Below, piece after piece: positions 9,817 to 19,047 of a stretch of 64,000 nucleotides of DNA. Made by a program: the position numbers and the translations under genes. The notes beneath the pieces were generated by a model. It did no database searches and was not told where the DNA came from. It was given only the letters and a program-made list of their open reading frames with translations. The stretch comes from Coprococcus eutactus. GTDB taxonomy: Bacteria > Bacteroidota > Bacteroidia > Bacteroidales > UBA932. Location of the stretch: positions 7,466 through 71,465 of the forward strand of contig CAVEIF010000001.1 in assembly GCA_963615835.1 (NCBI GenBank). Direction: 5' to 3'. Every line of letters begins with the position of its first letter. The stretch's first letter is position 1.

Positions 9817-12095
9817 TATCTTTTTCTGTTGGTTTTTTTCGCAGGTGGATTTCCGGCCATTATTTCACGGCATTTTTCCTCGGTGAGAGATTCTATGTCA
9901 GTGCCCTTGGGGATACGGTAGTTCTTGCCTGAGGCCTTGATATACGGTCCGTAAGGCCCGTTCAGTACGCTCACTTCACCCCATTCGTGTATGGCGGTTT
10001 TCGCCGGGGCGCTCTTTATGATGTCTGTGCACTCTTCAAGGCTGATTTTAAGCGGGTCGCTGCCCTTCGGGAGAGAGTAATTATGCGCGTCGTACTGCAT
10101 ATAGGCGCCGAACCTTCCCTTCTTTATGATTATGTCTTTTCCGTCCAGCGAACCTACCGTGCGGGGCAGACTGAACAGTTTGAGAGCCTCTTCCAGTGTA
10201 ATGCTTTCTATAAGCTGCCCATCCGCGAGGCTCGCGCAGATTTTATCTCCGTCTTCCCCCTTCTGGACATAAGGTCCGAATTGGCCCAGTCTGGCCACTA
10301 TCTTTTTCCCGTCCGAAGGGTCTATGCCTATCTCGCGTTCCACTTTACGGTAGTCTTTGTTACTCAAGGCTTTATCTACCTCCTTGTGGAATGGGGGATA
10401 AAAATCGGACATGCATTTATGCCAATCCAGCCCGCCTTCGGCGATCTTGTCGAAATTTGTCTCTATTCCGGCGGTAAAACCATAGTCGAGCACATCGGAG
10501 AAATTATCCACGAGATAATCGCTTACTGCCATGCCTATATCCGTAGGCAGGAGTTTGCCTTTCTCCGCACCTGTTTTCTCGGTTTTCTCGCTGGCCGTGA
10601 TGACGGAGCCTTTAAGTGTGAAATCGGTGACGGGCCTCTCTTCTCCCGCCTTGTCGCCTTTCACCAGGTATCCTCTTCCCGTGGTGAGGGTGCTGATGGT
10701 AGGGGCGTAGGTGGACGGACGTCCTATCCCCAACTCTTCGAGTTTCTTGACCAGCGAGGGCTCCGAGTAGCGGAAAGGGGCTTGAGTGAATTTGCAGTTG
10801 GCCTCCACCTTGTCGGCCGTAAGAGTGTCCCCTATGTTCATAGGAGGGAGGATGCGTTCCGTGTCATCGTTTTCCTGTCCTTCGTCGTCGGAACTTTCCA
10901 TGTAGAGCTTGAGAAAACCGTCGAACAGAATCTCACTTGATTGTATGCAGTAATGTTCGCTTCTTTTATCTATGCCTACTTTAATATTGGTGCTCAGAAC
11001 TTTGGCTTCAGACATCTGGCTTGCCACCGTTCTTCTCCATATAAGATTATAGAGTTTCTGCTCCTGGGGCGTGCCTTCGATGTTCGTGTTCTCTATGTAG
11101 GTGGGTCTTATGGCCTCGTGAGCTTCCTGCGCTCCTTTGGAACGGGTTTTATACTGACGCGTATGCGAGTATTGCTCTCCGTAGTTTTCAGTAATGTATT
11201 TTTTGGCCGTCGAAAGGGCGAGGTTCGACAGATTGGTGGAGTCCGTACGCATGTAGGTGATGAGTCCGTGCTCATAGAGCGACTGGGCGAGCCGCATCGT
11301 CTGGCTTACCGAGAATCTGAGCTTGCGACCCGCTTCCTGCTGGAGGGTGGATGTGGTGAACGGGGCCGCAGGGAAGCGGGAGCCTTCCTTCTTGTCAGCG
11401 GAAGTGATGGTATAGACTGCGCCTATGCAGTCCTGAAGGAATTTTTCGGCTTCCTGTGCGGTTTCAAACTTCTCTTCGAGAGTGCCTTTAACCTTGCTTT
11501 TTCCTATGACGAACGTGGCTTCCACCTTATAATAAGGCTTGGATTCGAAGGCGAGAACCTCGCGTTCCTTGTCCGTTACCAGCCTGAGGGCTACGCTCTG
11601 CACTCTTCCCGCCGAAAGTCCGCGTTTGATTTTTCTCCAGAGAACAGGAGAAAGTTCATATCCCACGAGTCTGTCGAGAACTCTTCTGGCCTGTTGTGCG
11701 TCCACGAGGTTCATATCCACCTGGCGCGGGTGCTTGAGAGCTTCGAGTATGGCGTTTTTGGTTATTTCATGGAAAGTGATGCGCTGTGTCTTCTTCGGAT
11801 CGAGACCGAGTGTCTGTTGCAGATGCCAAGCGATGGCTTCTCCTTCGCGGTCCTCATCGGATGCCAGATAGACCGTGTCGGCTTTTTCTGCCAATGCCTT
11901 CAATTCGCTTACGGTGCGCTTCTTGTCTGCCGGGATTATGTATTCGGGCGTGAAATCATGATCGATGTCCACGCTCAGGTCTTTTTCTTTCAAATCCCTG
12001 ATGTGTCCTTTCGATGACACAACCTTGTAATCGTTTCCTAAAAATTTCTGAATGGTAGTCGCTTTATGTGGGGACTCCACTATAACCAAATTCAT
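9816..12095 (-). CDS. topA: DNA topoisomerase I
   Basis: 'NLVIVESP.KA', 'DEDREGE', 'SAGRVQS', 'LITYMRTDS', 'AQEAHEAIRPT', C-terminal Topo_C repeats (GRFG/GPYG). Confidence 0.98.
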   Translation of the reverse strand: MNLVIVESPHKATTIQKFLGNDYKVVSSKGHIRDLKEKDLSVDIDHDFTPEYIIPADKKRTVSELKALAEKADTVYLASDEDREGEAIAWHLQQTLGLDPKKTQRITFHEITKNAILEALKHPRQVDMNLVDAQQARRVLDRLVGYELSPVLWRKIKRGLSAGRVQSVALRLVTDKEREVLAFESKPYYKVEATFVIGKSKVKGTLEEKFETAQEAEKFLQDCIGAVYTITSADKKEGSRFPAAPFTTSTLQQEAGRKLRFSVSQTMRLAQSLYEHGLITYMRTDSTNLSNLALSTAKKYITENYGEQYSHTRQYKTRSKGAQEAHEAIRPTYIENTNIEGTPQEQKLYNLIWRRTVASQMSEAKVLSTNIKVGIDKRSEHYCIQSSEILFDGFLKLYMESSDDEGQENDDTERILPPMNIGDTLTADKVEANCKFTQAPFRYSEPSLVKKLEELGIGRPSTYAPTISTLTTGRGYLVKGDKAGEERPVTDFTLKGSVITASEKTEKTGAEKGKLLPTDIGMAVSDYLVDNFSDVLDYGFTAGIETNFDKIAEGGLDWHKCMSDFYPPFHKEVDKALSNKDYRKVEREIGIDPSDGKKIVARLGQFGPYVQKGEDGDKICASLADGQLIESITLEEALKLFSLPRTVGSLDGKDIIIKKGRFGAYMQYDAHNYSLPKGSDPLKISLEECTDIIKSAPAKTAIHEWGEVSVLNGPYGPYIKASGKNYRIPKGTDIESLTEEKCREIMAGNPPAKKTNRKR

Positions 12096-12189
12096 ATTAA
12101 TTCAAGTTTCTCATGTGGCTGCAGGCAGCTCCCTCGATTTCAAAATGCAAAGATTATTACAAATAAAGAATTTTTCAAAATTATTTAAG

Positions 12190-12197
12190 TAATTTTG
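12190..12197 (+). promoter_or_regulatory. -7 promoter element (TAATTTTG) for the PBP1A-hydrolase-murF-ddl genes
   Basis: TAnnTTTG match ~55 nt upstream of the PBP1A ATG. Confidence 0.55.
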
Positions 12198-12251
12198 CCG
12201 CAAAACGGTGGACGGGGCGTATGCCGCCCCGCGATATTTAAGATTAGAGTA

Positions 12252-14624
12252 ATGAAGCAGCGTACGCGGAAAAGGATAATAATTTGGTTCTGGATATTGT
12301 TGATATTGCCTTTCTTGGCAAGTTTTGTGATTATATTCTGTGTCGCCCGTTATGCGCAGATTCCTTCCTTCTCGGAACTTGAACATCCCAAGAACAGTCT
12401 CGCCACTCGGATCATATCCTCTGACGGAGTGGTTATCAGCACTTTCCATATAGAAAACAGAACTTACGTGGAGTACGATGACATATCCCCGAATGTCATC
12501 AATGCAGCCATCGCCACCGAGGATGTCAGGTTTTACGAGCATTGCGGAATAGATTTCAAAAGCTTGGGCCGGGTCCTGGTCAAGACTTTCATGATGAGGG
12601 ATTCCAGACAGGGGGGAGGTTCCACCATCACCCAGCAGCTGGCCAAGACGCTTTATCCCCGCGAAGATTCATTCACGGGCTTTCCCGGGGCCAAATACGT
12701 GTCTCTTCTGTGGACGAAACTCAAGGAGTGGGTTACAGCCGTAAAGCTCGAAAGGAACTATACGAAGGACGAGATAGTGGTGATGTATCTCAACTCCATA
12801 TTCTATGGGAGCGGGGCCTATGGAATAAAGGCGGCGAGCGAGACATTTTTCGGCAAGGAGCCTTCGGAATTGAATATTCAGGAGGCGGCCGTGCTTGTAG
12901 GTGCGGTCAATAAGCCTACGCGCTATAATCCTGTTCTCAATCCGGCGTCGGCCAAGGTGAGACGCGATTTCGTCATATCGCAGATGGAGGCGGCCGGATT
13001 CATATCGCATTCCGACATGGTATTGGCCCGGAACAGTCCGATAGAGCTTCATTATAATGTACAGGACCATAATTCAGGATTGGCCCCGTATTTCAGAGAC
13101 ATGATCCGCCGTGAGATGAGCGCTTCGTTTCCTAAGAGGAATCAATATCTCTATCAGGATGAATATGAGGCGGATACTGTAAGATGGAATCGTGATCCTC
13201 TGTTCGGCTGGCTTAACAAGCATACCAAGGCCAACGGTGAGAGGTATGATTTGGACAGAGACGGACTTCGCATTTATGTCACCATCAATTCCAGAATGCA
13301 GCAGTATGCCGAGGAGGCTGTGGCCGAGCAGCTTTCCAAGAATCTTCAGCCTCAGTTCGAAAAGGAGCTGAAGACCCGGACGATGCCGCCTTATCCCGAT
13401 GAGATGGATGTTTCGACTTATCACACGCTTATGTCCCAGGCCCGGAAGTGGAGCGAGAGATATCGTGTAGGGAGAAAGGAGGGACTTTCGGACGCGGAGA
13501 TCACGGAGCAGTTCGACCAGCCTGTCAAGATGAAGGTATTTGCTTGGAATGAAAAAGGTTATGTGGATACGGTGATGACTCCGAACGATTCCATCAAGTA
13601 TTGCAAATCCATTCTGCGTGCTTCGTTTATGGCCATAGAGCCTTCCACGGGAGAAGTCAGGGCTTACGTGGGCGGGCCGTCGTACAGGTATTTCAAGTAT
13701 GATAACGTCCGTCAGGGTAAGCGTCAGGTGGGAAGTATAGTAAAGCCGTTCCTCTATACGCTCGCCATGCAGGAGGGTATGACCCCTTGCGACAAGGTGG
13801 TGAATATGCCTCAGACATTCAAGGTCAACGGGGAGACATGGACGCCGCGAAGCACGGACCGTGCGGATTATATAGGTAAGACAGTTACTCTCAAATGGGG
13901 GCTTACGCACAGTTCGAACAACATCTCGGCTTATCTGATGAAGCAGTTCGGACCGTCGGCGATGGCCAAGATGATGCGTAAGATGGGTGTTACCAGCCAC
14001 TTGGATGAAGTGTATTCGTTATGCGTGGGTCCGGCGGATCTCACGCTTTGCGAGATGGTGTCCGCTTTCAACACTTTCCCTTCCAAGGGGGTCTATTCTT
14101 CGCCTCTTTTCGTTACCAGGATAGAGGACAGCGACGGTAACATTATCTCCGAGTTTACCAATAAAAAAGTGGAGGCCATAAGCGACAGGACCGCATACCT
14201 TATGGTCAATCTTATGGAAGGGGTCGTCAAACAGGGAACGGGCCGTCGTCTCGGCTGGCTTTATAAGCTTAACGGAGAGATAGGCGGAAAGACGGGGACC
14301 ACTAATGACAATTCAGACGGATGGTTCATAGGCTATACTCCCAAGCTTACTGCGGGCGCGTGGGTCGGAGGAGAAGACAGAATGGTGCATTTCAAGGATC
14401 TGGCACAGGGAAGCGGTTCCAATATGGCTCTTCCGATATGGGGTATATTTATGCGCAAATGCCTCTCGGACCCGTCGCTGGGACTCAGTGAACTAGATAC
14501 TTTCGAAGCTCCGGTAGGGATGAATCTCGACTTGAGCTGTACGGGAGGGGACATAGAGACGGAGGATAACGCGGAGGAATTTTTCGGCACTGTGGAAGAA
14601 GAGAGCGAAGACTTTTTCAATTAG
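12252..14624 (+). CDS. mrcA: Class A penicillin-binding protein 1A (transglycosylase/transpeptidase)
   Basis: TG motifs 'EDVRF', 'GGSTITQQL'; TP motifs SxxK (GSIVK), SNN, KTGT; N-terminal TM; start MKQRTRK. Confidence 0.93.
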   Translation: MKQRTRKRIIIWFWILLILPFLASFVIIFCVARYAQIPSFSELEHPKNSLATRIISSDGVVISTFHIENRTYVEYDDISPNVINAAIATEDVRFYEHCGIDFKSLGRVLVKTFMMRDSRQGGGSTITQQLAKTLYPREDSFTGFPGAKYVSLLWTKLKEWVTAVKLERNYTKDEIVVMYLNSIFYGSGAYGIKAASETFFGKEPSELNIQEAAVLVGAVNKPTRYNPVLNPASAKVRRDFVISQMEAAGFISHSDMVLARNSPIELHYNVQDHNSGLAPYFRDMIRREMSASFPKRNQYLYQDEYEADTVRWNRDPLFGWLNKHTKANGERYDLDRDGLRIYVTINSRMQQYAEEAVAEQLSKNLQPQFEKELKTRTMPPYPDEMDVSTYHTLMSQARKWSERYRVGRKEGLSDAEITEQFDQPVKMKVFAWNEKGYVDTVMTPNDSIKYCKSILRASFMAIEPSTGEVRAYVGGPSYRYFKYDNVRQGKRQVGSIVKPFLYTLAMQEGMTPCDKVVNMPQTFKVNGETWTPRSTDRADYIGKTVTLKWGLTHSSNNISAYLMKQFGPSAMAKMMRKMGVTSHLDEVYSLCVGPADLTLCEMVSAFNTFPSKGVYSSPLFVTRIEDSDGNIISEFTNKKVEAISDRTAYLMVNLMEGVVKQGTGRRLGWLYKLNGEIGGKTGTTNDNSDGWFIGYTPKLTAGAWVGGEDRMVHFKDLAQGSGSNMALPIWGIFMRKCLSDPSLGLSELDTFEAPVGMNLDLSCTGGDIETEDNAEEFFGTVEEESEDFFN

Positions 14625-14633
14625 TTGATTGAT

Positions 14634-15377
14634 ATGTACTTCGATTATAATGGCATAAAGGTATATTATGAGCAGTGTGGAGAAGGACGTCCCCTTCTGC
14701 TTCTTCACGGCTGGGGGTGCACCCATGAGGTTTTTTCCGCCTTTTTGTCCGATTTTTCGGCCGCACATAAGGTTACGGCCATAGATTTTCCGGGATTCGG
14801 ACTTTCAGACGAGCCGATGCAGGTGTGGGGCGTGCCGGAGTACACCATGATGCTGGAGGCTTTGTGCGGACACCTCGGCATAAAAAAGCCCGGCATAGTG
14901 TGCCACTCATTCGGGGGACGTGTGGCCATTATGTTCGCATCACGAAATGAAGCGGACAGAATGATATTCGTCGATGCCGCAGGGATAAAACCGCGCAGGG
15001 GCGCGAAGTATCATCTCAGGGTCTTATCTTATAAGTTATGCAAATGGTGGCTTTTGAAGGTGTGCGGAGATGAGGAGAAGTTCCGTAAGATGCGTTCTTC
15101 CCGCGGGTCGGCGGATTATAGGAATTCTTCGGATATGATGAAAGCTATACTCTCACGGGTGGTGTCGCAGGATTTGAGAGAGTATCTTCCTTCCATCAAG
15201 TCTCCCGTTCTTCTTTTCTGGGGTGAAAATGATACTGCCACTCCGCTTCGCGATGCCCGGATAATGGAAAAAATGCTGCCGGACGCCGGTATCGTGCTTG
15301 TAAAAGGAGGAAGTCACTTTTCTTTTCTGGACGACCCCGCGCTTTTCCGTTCGATGATACGGACGTTTTTGATATAA
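14634..15377 (+). CDS. Alpha/beta-fold hydrolase (esterase-like)
   Basis: 'HGWG' oxyanion motif, 'CHSFGG' nucleophile elbow, 'ENDTATP' Asp and 'SHFSF' His. Confidence 0.9.
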   Translation: MYFDYNGIKVYYEQCGEGRPLLLLHGWGCTHEVFSAFLSDFSAAHKVTAIDFPGFGLSDEPMQVWGVPEYTMMLEALCGHLGIKKPGIVCHSFGGRVAIMFASRNEADRMIFVDAAGIKPRRGAKYHLRVLSYKLCKWWLLKVCGDEEKFRKMRSSRGSADYRNSSDMMKAILSRVVSQDLREYLPSIKSPVLLFWGENDTATPLRDARIMEKMLPDAGIVLVKGGSHFSFLDDPALFRSMIRTFLI

Positions 15378-15385
15378 CTTCTTAG

Positions 15386-16822
15386 ATGTCAATGGTGGTG
15401 AAAATAGTCGTATATGCGCTTTCTGCTATAGTGTATATTCTTCTGCTGCAATATTATATGAATATGTTTCAGCAGAATTCCTATCGCCCTGAAAGGTATT
15501 TGAGGTGGTTAAGGTCCAATCCTCTCCCTCATTTCCGCCGGTCTTCCAAGGTGAAATTCGTCTTTACGCGCAGGATGCGGCGGCTTTTCGCCATGGCGGC
15601 GGCGCTTTTTATTCCGGGATGCATCTTTTCGATTTGGGCCGCGGTGCTTATGGCTGTATTCACTCCTTTTGTCCTGCTTCTGGCCAATCTTCTCTGCGCT
15701 CCGCTCGAGCAGTCCATCGCGAGGTGGTACTATCGTGATGCTCAGCGTATTCTGCGTGAACACGCGGATCTTATAGTGATAGGAGTAACGGGAAGTTTCG
15801 GGAAGACCAGCACCAAAAATTATCTGTACCGTATTCTCAGCGAGAAATATAACGTCCTTATGACTCCGGGTAATTTCAATACCCTGCTTGGCGTGGTTCG
15901 CACCATCAGGGAACATCTTGAGCCTTATCATCAGGTGTTTATCGTGGAGATGGGGGCCAAATGCAGGGGGGACATCAAGCAGATATGTGATCTCGTGCAT
16001 CCTGAGATAGGAATTGTTACGGCCGTAGGGGAGATGCACCTCGAGACCTTCGGCAGTCTTGAGAATATACAGAAGACGAAATTTGAACTTGTGGAAGCCC
16101 TTCCTGCAAACGGTTATGCCGTGATGAACGCAGAGTCGCGGGGGATAGCATCGTATGCGGGGATTCCTGCGCACTGCACGACAGATAGTTACGGGATAGA
16201 TGCGCATCGTTGCTCTGCCCGTGCCTCGGGGATAGTGTACAGCGGCGAGGGCATGTCATTTGACTTCATAACCAAGGGCGGAGCGGAGCACTATCAGACG
16301 CGGCTTCTCGGAGAGAACAACGTGCTGAATCTTTGTGCGGCGCTTCTGGTCTCCGAACATCTCGGCGTGGATGCCGAGAGCAGGAAGCGCGCGGTGTCCA
16401 AGATTCAAAGTGTGGAACATAGGCTCAGCATAAGCCGTAAAGGCGGCATCATTGTGCTGGACGATGCTTATAATTCCAACCCCGAGGGTGCGGCTATGGC
16501 CTTTTCCGTTCTTCGCTCCATGTCTTTACCGGATGGAGCACGAAGGATAATAATTACCCCCGGCTTCGTGGAGATGGGCCCGGCTCAGCAGAGGGAATGC
16601 AGGAAATTAGGGGCATTGGCATCGAAAAGTGCGGATATGCTGGTAATAGTGAATAAGATAAACAGGCAGGCCATACTTCAGGGAGCGCTTGAGGGCGGCA
16701 TGTCCGAAAGTCAGATTATTTGCGCGGACACGCTCAAGGAGGCATTGGCATCGATAGGCGGATATCTGACGCCGGGTTCGGCGGTGCTTTACGAGAACGA
16801 TTTGCCGGATATGTTCAAATAG
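15386..16822 (+). CDS. murF: UDP-MurNAc-tripeptide--D-Ala-D-Ala ligase (MurF-like) with N-terminal membrane segments
   Basis: P-loop 'GVTGSFGKTSTK', 'NFNT..G', 'EMGA', 'DDAYNSNP'; hydrophobic N-terminus. Confidence 0.85.
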   Translation: MSMVVKIVVYALSAIVYILLLQYYMNMFQQNSYRPERYLRWLRSNPLPHFRRSSKVKFVFTRRMRRLFAMAAALFIPGCIFSIWAAVLMAVFTPFVLLLANLLCAPLEQSIARWYYRDAQRILREHADLIVIGVTGSFGKTSTKNYLYRILSEKYNVLMTPGNFNTLLGVVRTIREHLEPYHQVFIVEMGAKCRGDIKQICDLVHPEIGIVTAVGEMHLETFGSLENIQKTKFELVEALPANGYAVMNAESRGIASYAGIPAHCTTDSYGIDAHRCSARASGIVYSGEGMSFDFITKGGAEHYQTRLLGENNVLNLCAALLVSEHLGVDAESRKRAVSKIQSVEHRLSISRKGGIIVLDDAYNSNPEGAAMAFSVLRSMSLPDGARRIIITPGFVEMGPAQQRECRKLGALASKSADMLVIVNKINRQAILQGALEGGMSESQIICADTLKEALASIGGYLTPGSAVLYENDLPDMFK

Positions 16823-16886
16823 CGGCACGTGGATGAAAGGTCAAGAGGACTTAATAATTGGCATTTAAAGTTTTAAGAAACAAAAT

Positions 16887-18095
16887 ATGAAAATCACGGT
16901 AGGTGTCCTTTTCGGAGGACGTTCAGTTGAAAATGAGATTTCGGTGGTTACCGCATCGCAGGTCATCGAGTCCATGAACAAGGATAAATATGAGGTGGTT
17001 CCCATCTATATAGCCAAGACGGGCAAATGGTACACGGGGAAGGCTCTTCTGGACCTCGGGCGTTATCGTGATATGCCTTCTCTTCTTTCGGACTGCACTC
17101 AGGTGTATTTCAAGTCAGCCTATGGCGACAGGAATCTTTATTCCAATTCGGGTCTTTTCGGAAGAGAAAAGGTGGAGGCCAAGATAGATACCGTTCTTCC
17201 TACTCTTCATGGGACCAACTGCGAGGACGGAACGCTTCAGGGTGTGCTGGAGGTCATAGGCATTCCTTATGTGGGGTGCAACACCTTCGCCTCGGCCAAC
17301 GGTATGGACAAGATATCCATGAAGCAGATTCTTCGGGACAGCGGCATCTCGGTGGTGGATTTCGTGTGGTTTACGGATAAGGAATGGGATCACAGCCATA
17401 AGGAAGTCGTCGAAAAGGTGGAGAAGACATTGGCCTATCCGGTGATAGTGAAGCCGGCCAATTCAGGGTCGAGCGTGGGCATCTCTCCTGCGCACAATGG
17501 GCAGGAACTTGTGGATGCGATAGATAACGCCGCGCAGTTCACCACACGTATAATAGTGGAAAGGATGCTTTCGAACCTTAAGGAAGTGAATTGCTCGGTG
17601 ATGGGAGACTACTATAACTGTCGTGCGTCGGAGTGTGAAGTTCCTCTTCGCAGCGGCGAGATCCTCAGCTATTCCGACAAGTATCAGGGCGGCGGAAGCA
17701 AGGGCGGCGCCAAAGGTGCGAAATGCTCGGCAAAGATGGCGGCCGGAAGCAAACTTGGCAGCAAGGGCATGAGTTCGCTCAAACGTGAACTTCCCGCACG
17801 TATCCCTGCGGATGTTACGGCTCTTGTAAAGGATTATGCCATAAGGACTTTTAAGACGCTCGGTTGTGAGGGGCTTGCCAGGGTGGACCTTATGATAGAT
17901 CAGGATGATTCGAGGGTCTATGTCAACGAGATCAACACCATTCCCGGCTCTTTGTCTTCTTATCTTTGGGATTATACCGGGGTGGCGTTCAGCGATGTGA
18001 TAGATGCTCTCATAGCGCGATCTTTTGAACGTTCGCGTGAGGAGTCTTTCAAGGTGGTGGATTTCGGAGGTAATATCTTCGCTTCGGGGAAGTGA
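16887..18095 (+). CDS. ddl: D-alanine--D-alanine ligase
   Basis: 'FGGRSVENEIS', 'LHGTNCEDG', 'MDK', 'VKPANSGSS', 'YSDKY', 'ARVD', 'EINTIPG'. Confidence 0.9.
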   Translation: MKITVGVLFGGRSVENEISVVTASQVIESMNKDKYEVVPIYIAKTGKWYTGKALLDLGRYRDMPSLLSDCTQVYFKSAYGDRNLYSNSGLFGREKVEAKIDTVLPTLHGTNCEDGTLQGVLEVIGIPYVGCNTFASANGMDKISMKQILRDSGISVVDFVWFTDKEWDHSHKEVVEKVEKTLAYPVIVKPANSGSSVGISPAHNGQELVDAIDNAAQFTTRIIVERMLSNLKEVNCSVMGDYYNCRASECEVPLRSGEILSYSDKYQGGGSKGGAKGAKCSAKMAAGSKLGSKGMSSLKRELPARIPADVTALVKDYAIRTFKTLGCEGLARVDLMIDQDDSRVYVNEINTIPGSLSSYLWDYTGVAFSDVIDALIARSFERSREESFKVVDFGGNIFASGK

Positions 18096-18943
18096 GGCTT
18101 AAAGACTTCATAGACAGCACGGTATTTTCCCTGGAGGACTTATATCCCGAAAGAGAGGCCCTGAATATCGTAAGCGTCCTTCTTGAGAAAAGGATGGGCC
18201 TTCTTTCTTGGGAGCAGGTCCTCAGTGGGGATGACGAAAGGGATTTTTCTGCTTTAGAGCCGGATGTAAGGCGTCTTCTGCGGGGTGAACCTCTTCAATA
18301 CGTCATCTCCGAGACTGAATTTTATGGCAGAACCTTTAAGGTTGATCCGGCTGTTCTTATTCCCCGCCCGGAGACGGAACTTCTGGTAGAAAAGGCTCTT
18401 GAACTGATGCCGTCTTCTTGCGCCAGAGTGCTTGACTTATGTACGGGGAGCGGAGCCATAGCGTGGACATTGGCATTGGAAAGAAGTGAATGGGAAGTGG
18501 ATGCCGTGGACATCAGTACGGATGCTCTCAGGGTGGCGGAAGGCCAATTTTCGGGAACCCCGCATGATAACAGACCGCGATTTCTTGAGGGGGATGTGCT
18601 GGATGCGGGATTTTTAGGCACTCTGGGAGAATACGACCTGATAGTCAGCAATCCTCCTTACATAATGGAGCGGGAGAAGCCTTCCATGCGTGCCAATGTG
18701 CTTGATTATGAACCTTCCATAGCTCTTTTCGTGCCGGATGACGATCCTCTTGTATTCTATGGGGCGATAGCTCGCGGTGCGCGGACTTTGCTTCGTGCGG
18801 GGGGCTGCGGAATAGTGGAGTGCAATGAACTTCTTTGTGTGCAGACGGCTTGTGTTTTCGAGCGGGAAGGGTTGAAGGAGGTGAGCATAAAAAACGACCT
18901 GAGTTCAAAAATGCGCTTCGTGAGCTTTTTCAAGGGCGTGTAA
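18092..18943 (+). CDS. prmC: Peptide chain release factor N5-glutamine methyltransferase
   Basis: 'EPLQY', 'LIPRPETE', 'DLCTGSG', 'NPPY'; GTG start overlapping the ddl stop. Confidence 0.95.
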   Translation: MRLKDFIDSTVFSLEDLYPEREALNIVSVLLEKRMGLLSWEQVLSGDDERDFSALEPDVRRLLRGEPLQYVISETEFYGRTFKVDPAVLIPRPETELLVEKALELMPSSCARVLDLCTGSGAIAWTLALERSEWEVDAVDISTDALRVAEGQFSGTPHDNRPRFLEGDVLDAGFLGTLGEYDLIVSNPPYIMEREKPSMRANVLDYEPSIALFVPDDDPLVFYGAIARGARTLLRAGGCGIVECNELLCVQTACVFEREGLKEVSIKNDLSSKMRFVSFFKGV

Positions 18944-18965
18944 ATTACTGAATGATAGCCAAATG

Positions 18966-19006
18966 AAAAATTATCCGTGTAAACCTTTTTTACACGGATA
19001 ATTTTT
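18966..19006. terminator. Perfect 18-bp inverted repeat, likely bidirectional intrinsic terminator
   Basis: AAAAATTATCCGTGTAAA-ccttt-TTTACACGGATAATTTTT directly after prmC. Confidence 0.7.
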
Positions 19007-19047
19007 ATTCTCTTTGCAGAAGAAAAAATGATTTAAACAGTCTAAAC

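Noticed and set aside
9987..12017. Long antisense ORFs (317 and 358 aa) opposite topA, and similar ones opposite mrdA, mreB, PBP1A and susD
   Set aside because: No motifs or plausible composition; expected shadow ORFs from codon bias on the coding strand
18966..19006. 18-bp inverted repeat as invertible-promoter or transposon ends
   Set aside because: The arms are only 5 nt apart, leaving nothing to invert or mobilise; a terminator or operator fits better
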